From assembly GCA_044440125.1 (NCBI GenBank), contig JBITAJ010000022.1, positions 224,001 to 288,000 of the forward strand: 64,000 nucleotides of DNA, read 5' to 3'. Origin of the DNA: Sedimentisphaeraceae bacterium JB056 (GTDB lineage Bacteria > Planctomycetota > Phycisphaerae > Sedimentisphaerales > Sedimentisphaeraceae). Positions 29,493 to 38,307 of the stretch are shown piece by piece. The position numbers and the translations under genes are program-made. The notes below the pieces were generated by a model. It was not told where the DNA came from, ran no database searches, and saw only the letters and a list, made by a program, of their open reading frames with translations. Position 1 is the stretch's first letter. Each line of letters begins with the position of its first letter.

Positions 29493-30503
29493 TCAATTCT
29501 CTTTCAGGTAAAATGGACTCTGAGCATCAGGGAATGTAGATTCAGTACACCCAATACAAGGAGTTTTTGCCTGAACGCACCAATTGACCCCCTTTTTACT
29601 CTGCGATGGGCTGTTCCATCTTTGCACGGGACAATTGGCAAATGTACGTTTGCCTTTACAACCTATATCCTCAAGGCATCCGCTTTCGCCTAATGCATTC
29701 GCCTCCCCACTCCCTTTATATGGACAGCGTTCATGCACTATGAGGGAGAAATAATCAAGAGGTCTTTTATTACTGTCAACATAGATGGTTTCACCATTAA
29801 GCAATTTAATGATTGTACCCACAAACCAATCAGGGTGAATAGGGCAACCCGGCACATTGATTACCGTTTTAGTCCTGCCTAAATAAGCCAACGCCTCAGT
29901 TACACTTTGGGCTCCAGTAACATTGGGTTCAGCGGCGGCCATACCGCCAAAGCTTGCACATGTCCCTACAGACACAATACTGTCGGCTTTTTCGCTGAGT
30001 ATATCAAATGCCTCTATCATAGTAAGATCACTTCCTATATGACAATAATCGCCATCAGCTCCAGTTGGGATAGCACCCTCGACGACAAGAATATAGCCTT
30101 GGGCAGCCATCATTGAAAAATCAATAAGATTCACCTTTAAATCAGCGTTAAGATCATAAGAAGACTCTGATTCCTGCTGAAGCCAATTATCGCCTATACC
30201 TACAATCTCCTGTTCGGAAGGATGAGGACCTATTGCTTCCTTAAGAGCAAGATCGCCTGCTGAAGCTATGAGAGTCGAATGATACTCCAGATTGATCTTA
30301 TTAATCAGAAGATCGTCTATGGTAGTAAGGTTCACACTGTTAAGAAGTGAAATTGAACATCCGCTACAGCATTGCCCCTGCAGCCATATAACTCTGGGGT
30401 CACCATTGCCGGCCAATGCCTTTTCTACTGCTGTAAAAGGCATTGCCATGGCAACACCAGTAGCAGAAGCCAGTCTTAAAAATTCACGCCTGGATAAACG
30501 CAT
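29493..30503 (-). CDS. [NiFe]-hydrogenase small subunit, Tat-exported, copy 2, with dockerin-like insert
   Basis: Colinear 336-aa paralog of 27501..28511 with all Fe-S ligands intact. Confidence 0.95.
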   Translation of the reverse strand: MRLSRREFLRLASATGVAMAMPFTAVEKALAGNGDPRVIWLQGQCCSGCSISLLNSVNLTTIDDLLINKINLEYHSTLIASAGDLALKEAIGPHPSEQEIVGIGDNWLQQESESSYDLNADLKVNLIDFSMMAAQGYILVVEGAIPTGADGDYCHIGSDLTMIEAFDILSEKADSIVSVGTCASFGGMAAAEPNVTGAQSVTEALAYLGRTKTVINVPGCPIHPDWFVGTIIKLLNGETIYVDSNKRPLDYFSLIVHERCPYKGSGEANALGESGCLEDIGCKGKRTFANCPVQRWNSPSQSKKGVNWCVQAKTPCIGCTESTFPDAQSPFYLKEN

Positions 30504-31248
30504 CAGAGAATCTCCTAATTAATCCAACCTAATTTCATAATGAATAATTAAAACAAAAGAAACTGTAAATTCTGTGAATTAACCAAGAGAAATCACCCAA
30601 AAGATCAAACCTGACTTAATGAACCACAGATAGTACACTACAATATATAATTTTCGCGGTTACTACATATATCAATGAAAAGTGATATCAATTACAATCC
30701 TTACCAAGCTAATTCAATTTAAGTAACCGAATTAGTAGACTTTATCAATAAACTACAATGTATACATAAAAAAAACGCTCCAAAACAAGCTTTACCTAAG
30801 TTTTCCCTATTCCCTGTTCCATATTTTACATTTTTAGTAGAATATTTCAAGTATTATTACAAAAGAGTAAACTTTTGCCGATTAGTGCAAAACCGCAGAA
30901 AGTATATTTCCGGACATACTACACGATCAACTGTAATAGACTGGATAAAAACGGAATACCAGACTTACTCGCAGGAGCCGAAGTTTTTTTTATATATTGA
31001 TTGTCAAATCCTTGCGATTGACCATCAGGAGTGGCATATTAAATCAACACATCTTGAATTACAGAAAATATCCGTCCAAAGACATCTATAATCCATCTAC
31101 AACAAATATCTGAGAATACTTTTCACCGTCAGAATCTTGTACTGTTTTTGTAAAAGCTATCGTATCAGCATTATTAGACCAGATAAGTAAAGTACCTGCA
31201 CACACTATACGTCTCATAACAACATAAGCCTTTCTTCTACAAAAATAG

Positions 31249-32997
31249 CTAATTCAAAGATCTATTCTTGACAGTCCAAACGGTAAGATTAGTTACATCA
31301 ATACTATGTCTTTGTTCATCCCATAACTTTGCTGTAGCAAAGGCAATAACTCCAAATACAACATTAACGGCAACTATCAAACGCACTGATGGTTCAAACA
31401 TCTGCCAATTCTTGTGTATAACTCCGAGGTAATTTGTTATTGCATAAGCATTCAAAACTGCCAGATTAAACATAGACATATTATATTTCTTCCGAGAGAA
31501 TAGAGAAATCTGTAATGCGAAGAATACAAAGCATATCGTCACAACAAGCCCTATAAGATACTTATGGAACATAAAAGAATACTCTTCAGGAATCCATCCT
31601 ACAAGACAAAAGGCAAAGTAGGCGTTAATAATCGTTCCAAGAACCAATGCCGCAATAGTTGCCATTGAGTCAACAATCTTGGTAAATAAAGCAACAAAAA
31701 AGAGTCCAACAAGGCATCCACTAAATATCATGGTAACAACCATGGAAAGCTCAACCATGAAACGCTTAGGAACTCTGTAGAAAACCAGTGCTCCAACCAT
31801 CATGACCAATGACACGATGAATGTAGTTACCAATGAAGACTTAAAATAATATTCCTCTGTTTTATTTGGAGAAATGTGTTTACGGAGAATATCTCCAACA
31901 AAAAGAGTACCACAAATATTGATTGAAGAACTTAAGGAAGACATAGCGGCAGCGGCTACACCTGCGGTAATAAGCCCGGCAATACCAATAGGAGCCTTCT
32001 CGACAATGAAATACGGAACAAGTTTGTCTACCTGACTGTCATTAACAAGCCCAGTAACGTAATCGCTTGGATTGAACTGATAATACATAAATAGGCATGT
32101 GCCTACAAAATAAAAGAAAGTCCAAATAACAATACAAAGCACAAGATTTAACCATGTAGCTCTTCTTGCCTGATAAAGAGACTTTGCAGTCATCCATCTC
32201 TGAACAACAGTAGGATCAGTTACAATAGCCAAAAAGCTGCTAAGTCCAAGTATAACCATTGTGTAAAAAGTGGCATTGCTCAAATCAAAATCCATATCAC
32301 CAAAAGCAATTTTACCCTGTTTTATTCCCTCTGTAATCACATACCCTAATCCACTTCCATCGGGCAACCCTCTTACAGCTAATATTGCAACTGTAATACT
32401 TCCGCCTACAAGTATAAATGTCTGTATTACATCAGTCCAAATAACAGCTTCTATTCCACCAAAAACAGTATAAACCATAGTCAGTATTCCTGTTATAATC
32501 ATAATCAGAATAATAGGCTGGCCGGTAATATATGAAAGAGGAATCGCCATCAGAAACAAAACAGTACCAAGCCTTATAAGCTGAACAGCTATCATTGTAA
32601 TTGCGCAATAAACACGAGGAATGGTTCCAAGCCTCTCTCCAACATAATCAAGAGTAGAAACAGCACCCGCTTTCTTAAAAAATGGAATTAAAAGATATAT
32701 TGCAAGAAAAGAACCAGGAATAAGGCCTATATTTATAAGCAGCATCCTCCAGTCTTCCACGAAAGCAGCAGCAGGAAACCCAACGAACGTCACCGTACTG
32801 ATTGATGTAGCAAACATTGAAAGCCCAACAGCCCAACCCGGCATTGAATTGTCAGCAAAGAAATAATCTTCAGTTGTTTTATTTTTACTTGCAAAATAGA
32901 CACCAACCCCAACCATTGCCAACAAGTAAAAAACAAGAGTAGTAACATCAAATACTCTTATAGCTGCCAATACATTCACTACCAAAGAATCAGTCAT
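31249..32997 (-). CDS. Sodium:solute symporter (SSS family; sugar/sialic-acid-type)
   Basis: EDYFFA...PGWAVGLSMFATSIS, GGIEAVIWTDVIQ, AAAMSSLSSSIN. The ATG at 32997 follows GGAG. Confidence 0.92.
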   Translation of the reverse strand: MTDSLVVNVLAAIRVFDVTTLVFYLLAMVGVGVYFASKNKTTEDYFFADNSMPGWAVGLSMFATSISTVTFVGFPAAAFVEDWRMLLINIGLIPGSFLAIYLLIPFFKKAGAVSTLDYVGERLGTIPRVYCAITMIAVQLIRLGTVLFLMAIPLSYITGQPIILIMIITGILTMVYTVFGGIEAVIWTDVIQTFILVGGSITVAILAVRGLPDGSGLGYVITEGIKQGKIAFGDMDFDLSNATFYTMVILGLSSFLAIVTDPTVVQRWMTAKSLYQARRATWLNLVLCIVIWTFFYFVGTCLFMYYQFNPSDYVTGLVNDSQVDKLVPYFIVEKAPIGIAGLITAGVAAAAMSSLSSSINICGTLFVGDILRKHISPNKTEEYYFKSSLVTTFIVSLVMMVGALVFYRVPKRFMVELSMVVTMIFSGCLVGLFFVALFTKIVDSMATIAALVLGTIINAYFAFCLVGWIPEEYSFMFHKYLIGLVVTICFVFFALQISLFSRKKYNMSMFNLAVLNAYAITNYLGVIHKNWQMFEPSVRLIVAVNVVFGVIAFATAKLWDEQRHSIDVTNLTVWTVKNRSLN

Positions 32998-33230
32998 CAA
33001 TAGATACTCCAAATAAATTATCTCGATAATTCGATATTCTACCTGACACAATACCGAAATTATTATGCATTAATTTTACCGGCACCTAAATGAAGTTAAA
33101 CGCCAATTCAGCAGGTAGTTCCGCCATTTTCAGTTTTTAAACCCTTTTTTTACTTGAAAATCAAGACAAAAGGCTATCTAAACCCTGCACTTAATATAGA
33201 TAGGATATTCAATATTATGGAGCAGGATTT

Positions 33231-33490
33231 ATGAATCAAGACGTTAAACGAATAGTTTTTGTACTCACCCGAGGAAGATTGGGAATTCTGGGAAGGTTTT
33301 GCTGAATATGCTGCTTTGAACGAGAACTGGCTACTCTACAATCCGCTGTAGTTTCAATTTAACGCTAACGATGATGGGGTCTATAACTAGCTGAAGGATT
33401 TAAAGCCCGATGGCCTGGTTGTACCTAACTCAAGAGAAAATCTAAATGCCATCATGATCTCAGCATTCCAACGGTTCTATACCGCAACCT
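33231..33490 (+). pseudogene. Decayed N-terminal fragment of a XylR-family regulator
   Basis: After an RBS: MNQDVKRIVFVL, frameshift, EGFAEYAALNENWLLYNPL*...*LKDLKPDGLVV, frameshift, DLSIPTV. This parallels the N-terminus of the intact XylR at 41579. Confidence 0.6.
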
Positions 33491-33520
33491 TAACAAGAAA
33501 ATTGGAAGCCAGCAGGAACG

Positions 33521-35092
33521 TTAATCAGCAAACAAAGGTACAGCCCATTTACCGAATGTAATAATTTCTCCTTTATTGCACTTTTTTTGATATAAAGTGC
33601 AATAATTAGATGTTTTAGGCGGATTGAAAAGAGGAAATTCAGGCATAGCGACTTTCTTGAAACCAAGTTTTTCCAATTCATCAGACTGACTGTCATCGTT
33701 CCTGAGAGGCTGTGGAGTCAGAAAATACAGCATACCATCAGAAATACATTGAACACTTTTAGTTCCGTCAATGTCAACCTGCAGTAAAATCATCCCATCA
33801 AGCTGAGCAGGGATTTTATTTGCCGTATAACTGCGGTCAGAAAACAGTTTTTCACCTTCTTTAAAAAGCTTTACTTCACCCTTCTCACTTACAAATTTCC
33901 CGGCAGGCTCAAATTCAAACGGCTGGCCATCTTTATTGTCAGCCAGAGCATCAGGTGCTCCTTCACTTATAAGGACATTCAGCCGTACCTTATCAGAGAC
34001 ATCTTTACCTGCGGCAGCATCGTCTTCTGTAAATGTCGCCATGTATATCTCTTTTTCATCCTTACGGGAATAATCATATGTTATGTATATGGTACCGTCA
34101 GGAGTCTGCTGGCCATCAGGATACGAAACACCCTTTCTCTCATCGATCAGCAGACCGCCCCGCCAGCTTTTACCGTCATCTTCAGATATAAACGCCATCA
34201 GATGACTGCGGCCGATCTTTTCATCTATTTTGCCATGCTTAACGAGAAGCAAATTACCCGAACTGAGTCTTCTTATAAAAAATCTTGCGGCAGGATGCTT
34301 GATAGTTGACTGCTTGAGTTCACTCCAAGTCAGACCTTTATCATAAGAAAAACTCTCTCCTATACCATACTTTGTTCGGACAAGCATCCATATTGTTCCA
34401 TCTTGCTTCTCAACAAAAATATGTTCATCAAAATCACGCTGATCTTTAGGCTGAATATCGCAAGCTCCAACAACATCAAAAGACAATCCGCTATCAGGAG
34501 ACACAACAGCCCTTGCACTGTAATCAGTCCCTCTCCATGTAGATGGGGGTAAAAGCCATTTTCCATCAGAAAGAACTGTCGGCTTACACATCATAATGCC
34601 TTCTGTAATCCGTCTTGGCTTTGACCAATTCACTTTTATACTATCGGCATCATCCGTGACAAGAGCCCAAACACCAGAATGTGGATTAAGACGGTCAGAA
34701 GCAGGATGTTGCGCCCAGAACACCCACAATCTTCCTTGCGGATCAACCCAAACCTCTGGATCAAAAGCCCTTATATCCCCGGGTCCATCAGGATCAATCT
34801 CAAATTGCTCCTGCCAGCTATTGCCATCATCATCACTTCTGGAAACAACAACATAATTATTCTTATCTTCTCCGGGCGTAGGACCTGCATACCAAACAGC
34901 CCAAACAGTACCCATGTCAGTTACTGCAATACTCGATATCCCCTGAAACTTTCTGGTTTCCAAAGACTGATAATGTTCACTGCCGAATGGAATTATCTCG
35001 GGCGGATTCAAAAATGTTTTAGCTTGCGTCTGAATACACATAGACAACCCTAATATCATTAATACAAATTTCAAAATAATTCTCCATTTCAA
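33521..35092 (-). CDS. BNR/Asp-box sialidase-like beta-propeller glycosidase with a C-terminal accessory domain
   Basis: Asp boxes SDDDGNSW, SYDKGLTW and SEDDGKSW, SYPD motif, signal peptide. Confidence 0.85.
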   Translation of the reverse strand: MKWRIILKFVLMILGLSMCIQTQAKTFLNPPEIIPFGSEHYQSLETRKFQGISSIAVTDMGTVWAVWYAGPTPGEDKNNYVVVSRSDDDGNSWQEQFEIDPDGPGDIRAFDPEVWVDPQGRLWVFWAQHPASDRLNPHSGVWALVTDDADSIKVNWSKPRRITEGIMMCKPTVLSDGKWLLPPSTWRGTDYSARAVVSPDSGLSFDVVGACDIQPKDQRDFDEHIFVEKQDGTIWMLVRTKYGIGESFSYDKGLTWSELKQSTIKHPAARFFIRRLSSGNLLLVKHGKIDEKIGRSHLMAFISEDDGKSWRGGLLIDERKGVSYPDGQQTPDGTIYITYDYSRKDEKEIYMATFTEDDAAAGKDVSDKVRLNVLISEGAPDALADNKDGQPFEFEPAGKFVSEKGEVKLFKEGEKLFSDRSYTANKIPAQLDGMILLQVDIDGTKSVQCISDGMLYFLTPQPLRNDDSQSDELEKLGFKKVAMPEFPLFNPPKTSNYCTLYQKKCNKGEIITFGKWAVPLFAD

Positions 35093-35095
35093 TAA

Positions 35096-36349
35096 TCAGA
35101 AAAAATCTTTTAAGCCTAATACTGCTATATATGACATCACTAAAGAAAAGACAAATGCCGCTGCCAATCCAATATTCAACAGAATTCCGGCTTTATGCCT
35201 ACCCATATCTTTCATATTCACCAGAAATATTATACTGACTACTACCAATGGAAGACTGAATACCTGAGCCACCTGAGTTGCAATCTGAGCTAATATAGGA
35301 TTGGCTCCGAGTATCGGTACTGTAAGTCCAATCACTGCGGCAATTGCAGTCAACGAGCGAAACATAACCGACTTTGTAACCATCTTCCCCTTATTATAAT
35401 CCGAGATGAGCAGAGGCGCTACCATCATTATCGGAAGCGTTGAAGATAGTCCCGCACTAAGCGTACCCACCAAAAACAACGCAACCGCAAATTTACCCGC
35501 AAAGGGGCGAAGACTGTTTGCCATATCAAGAACATTTGTGACAACTTTGCCTTCCGAGAATAATGCACCAGTAGCGCAAATCATAACGGAAGCACTTATA
35601 ACAAACATCAAAAAAGCGGATAAAAAAGAATCTCTACACTGGGCAGAGTATCCATCCTCCGCTTTATCCCATCCTTTACTTTTCACAAGTAAGGGCCTGA
35701 CAACAAACGTAGGCGCAGCCATAGTCGTTCCAACAAAAGCAGCAATCATTAAGTTGGCACCCTCAACATTGGGTATAGACGGCACCAATCCCTTGACTAT
35801 AAGGGATGGAGACGGTAATACCATGAACATCGATATAATGAAACTCAGACCAAGTATAGTAACAAAGAAAACCAGCACTTTCTCAAATATTGAATACGTA
35901 CCAACCCAAAGTATAATGTACATAACAGCCATTATCAATACCGATATAAGCAATATCAACCAATAGCTATTACCACCGATTGAGGGGAAAAGAAGCTTAA
36001 AACTTTCAAAAAGAGCACTTGAAGACAAGCCGACAAGCCCCGAAAGACAACACCATTGCCCAACGCTCACGCCTGCTATTATAAGTATAGCTATCAATTT
36101 ACCAAATTTGAACTTTGTTTTGAAACTGTGAATAGCCGTTTCTCCGGTCACTACCGCACAACGACCATACGCTTCCATTAAAACCCACGTAAAAAGACAG
36201 CTCAGCGCCAAAACCCATAACAACTGGGTTCCGAATTCCGAGCCTGCCTTGCTCATTGACGTAACACTGCCGGTGCCTATAGTATAACCTATACAGAAAA
36301 TACCAGGACCTATAGCCAAAAGCATAAGCCATAATTTCTTTAACATCAA
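35096..36349 (-). CDS. NRAMP/APC-superfamily transporter (atypical)
   Basis: About 11 TM helices, IGPG...IGTGS and VGTTMAAP. Lacks the canonical MntH DPGN motif. Confidence 0.75.
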   Translation of the reverse strand: MMLKKLWLMLLAIGPGIFCIGYTIGTGSVTSMSKAGSEFGTQLLWVLALSCLFTWVLMEAYGRCAVVTGETAIHSFKTKFKFGKLIAILIIAGVSVGQWCCLSGLVGLSSSALFESFKLLFPSIGGNSYWLILLISVLIMAVMYIILWVGTYSIFEKVLVFFVTILGLSFIISMFMVLPSPSLIVKGLVPSIPNVEGANLMIAAFVGTTMAAPTFVVRPLLVKSKGWDKAEDGYSAQCRDSFLSAFLMFVISASVMICATGALFSEGKVVTNVLDMANSLRPFAGKFAVALFLVGTLSAGLSSTLPIMMVAPLLISDYNKGKMVTKSVMFRSLTAIAAVIGLTVPILGANPILAQIATQVAQVFSLPLVVVSIIFLVNMKDMGRHKAGILLNIGLAAAFVFSLVMSYIAVLGLKDFF

Positions 36350-36511
36350 AACGTCCTCATTAAAATTTCAATTCCAGTAAGCGCTTACACCGCTAATAAG
36401 AGTCTTATTTTTGTATACTATGCTTGCTGTTTTCGCAGCACCCAAACGGTATTGAATGCGTAAAACAGCAGTATTCTCGGTAAACGCATGAACGATTACT
36501 AATTCCATACA

Positions 36512-37627
36512 CTATCTGACTACTCTGCCGGATTTACTGCCATTCATAAGTATTTCTATCTCATCACGTTTATTGAAGTTGAAATCACCCATTATTGAAT
36601 GAGCCAAACATGATGCCGCAGCAGCATACGAAATAGCCTTCTGCGGTTCACATAATGTATCATCATTCAAAGCAAATATCAAGCCGGCAGCAAAAGAATC
36701 ACCGCCACCTACACGGTCAACGATATGTGTTATAGTGTAAGGACTGTAACTACCGTCTTCTGTTGGCGAATAATACGATTTATTTTCAGCACAATCATAC
36801 AGCATTGCACCCCAGTTATTATGTGAAGCCGATATACTCTCTCGGAATGTAGTGGCAACCATCTTAACATTTGGAAACTTTTCAGATATTTTCTGAGCAA
36901 CCTGCTCATACTGCCTGACATCAAGCTTACCGCTGCTTACATCTGTATTGTCTGCGTTTATGCCAAGTACGCTTGAAGCGTCTTCCTCATTAGCAACCAG
37001 AACATCAACAAACGGCAATATTTCTGACATTGTTATACCTGCCAACTCTTTTGATGAACGCGTTTTGTCCCATTGCCACAGCTTGCCTCTGTAATTAAGG
37101 TCACAGGAAACGGTTATGCCCTTCTCTTTAGCCTTTTTTACGGATTCCAACGTTGCCTTTGCTGCTGTTTCAGAAAGAGCCGGTGTTATGCCGGTAACGT
37201 GAAACCAACCGGCATCTTCAAAAATCGTATCCCAATCATACTGAGAAAAAGAGGTAAGCGAAACAGAAGAGTAACTTCTGTCATAAATCACTCTGCTCGG
37301 CCTTTGGTTAGCACCTGCTTCAGTAAAATACAGGCCAAGGCGACCTTCATTGTTAAATACAATACATGAGGTATCAACATCTAATCCTTTAAGCTGTGAT
37401 ATGCAGGCATCAGTTATATCATTATCAGGAAGAGCAGTAACAAATCCTGAGCAGCCTCCCATATAAGCAATGGAAGCAGCAACATTAGCCTCTGCTCCGG
37501 CAAAAGTCATGTTTATATCACCCGGCAACGCCTGCCTGAATCTCAAGAATCCACCCGGCGTAATACGCCCCATTATCTCACCAAATGTTACAATACGTTT
37601 CATTTTATTTCCTAAATCAAATTCCAA
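36512..37627 (-). CDS. kdgK: 2-keto-3-deoxygluconate kinase (PfkB family)
   Basis: VTFGEIM, GAEANVA, SCDLNYR, IVDRVGGGDSFAAG. Confidence 0.9.
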   Translation of the reverse strand: MEFDLGNKMKRIVTFGEIMGRITPGGFLRFRQALPGDINMTFAGAEANVAASIAYMGGCSGFVTALPDNDITDACISQLKGLDVDTSCIVFNNEGRLGLYFTEAGANQRPSRVIYDRSYSSVSLTSFSQYDWDTIFEDAGWFHVTGITPALSETAAKATLESVKKAKEKGITVSCDLNYRGKLWQWDKTRSSKELAGITMSEILPFVDVLVANEEDASSVLGINADNTDVSSGKLDVRQYEQVAQKISEKFPNVKMVATTFRESISASHNNWGAMLYDCAENKSYYSPTEDGSYSPYTITHIVDRVGGGDSFAAGLIFALNDDTLCEPQKAISYAAAASCLAHSIMGDFNFNKRDEIEILMNGSKSGRVVR

Positions 37628-37635
37628 TCAATGAA

Positions 37636-38307
37636 TCAGCCTAACTCAGAAAGCTTTGAAACCGCCATACAACAAAGCTCTCTGATCCCTTTCCAATCAC
37701 CTTCAGCAATTTTCTTTCTCGGCGCAAGCCATGAACCGCCAACTGCGAAAATGCAACCATCCTTCAGATATTCCATGAAGTTAGTTTCATTTACACCACC
37801 TAACGGCATAAACTCTAAGCCTTTATACATATATGGAGCTGACATGCATTTAAGATATTTAAGCCCGCCAAGAGGCTCAGCCGGAAAAAACTTCAAGTAT
37901 TTCAAATCAAATTCAAGAGCCTGCTCTACTTCCGATGGAGTAGCAATACCCGGAGCAAATGGCAAGTCAATATCAATAGCTTTTTCTAACACTTTAGAAT
38001 TAAGCCCCGGAGAAACGGCAAACTGCCCTCCCGCATCTTTAACTTGGACTGCCTGATCAACAGTAAGAACAGTCCCTGCACCAACAAGCATTTCCGGCAT
38101 TTTGCTATTTATCAATTCTATGGCATCTAAAGCACAATCGGTGCGAAGAGTAAGCTCTATACTTTTAAGACCGGCATTAACTAACGTCTCTGCCAGCGGT
38201 AAAGCATTATTAATATCGTCTATAACAACCGTAGCAACAATCTTTTGTCTTTTTATTTCTTCAAAAATAGAATGCATAAATACTTCCATAAATTCAGTTT
38301 TAAGCAA
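37636..38307 (-). CDS. eda: KDPG/KHG aldolase
   Basis: IELTLRT, VGAGTV, VSPG, TPSE, LKFFPAE, PLGGV. Confidence 0.93.
   Translation of the reverse strand: MLKTEFMEVFMHSIFEEIKRQKIVATVVIDDINNALPLAETLVNAGLKSIELTLRTDCALDAIELINSKMPEMLVGAGTVLTVDQAVQVKDAGGQFAVSPGLNSKVLEKAIDIDLPFAPGIATPSEVEQALEFDLKYLKFFPAEPLGGLKYLKCMSAPYMYKGLEFMPLGGVNETNFMEYLKDGCIFAVGGSWLAPRKKIAEGDWKGIRELCCMAVSKLSELG

Noticed and set aside
31086..31217. 43-codon minus-strand ORF (…IWSNNADTIAF…YSQIFVVD) resembling the last blade of a TolB-like propeller
   Set aside because: Too short to support without a search. At most a gene remnant.
36425..36470. Imperfect hairpin TGCTGTTTTCGCA…TGCGTAAAACAGCA between kdgK and the transporter
   Set aside because: Large loop and no clear U-tract, so it cannot be called a terminator or riboswitch.
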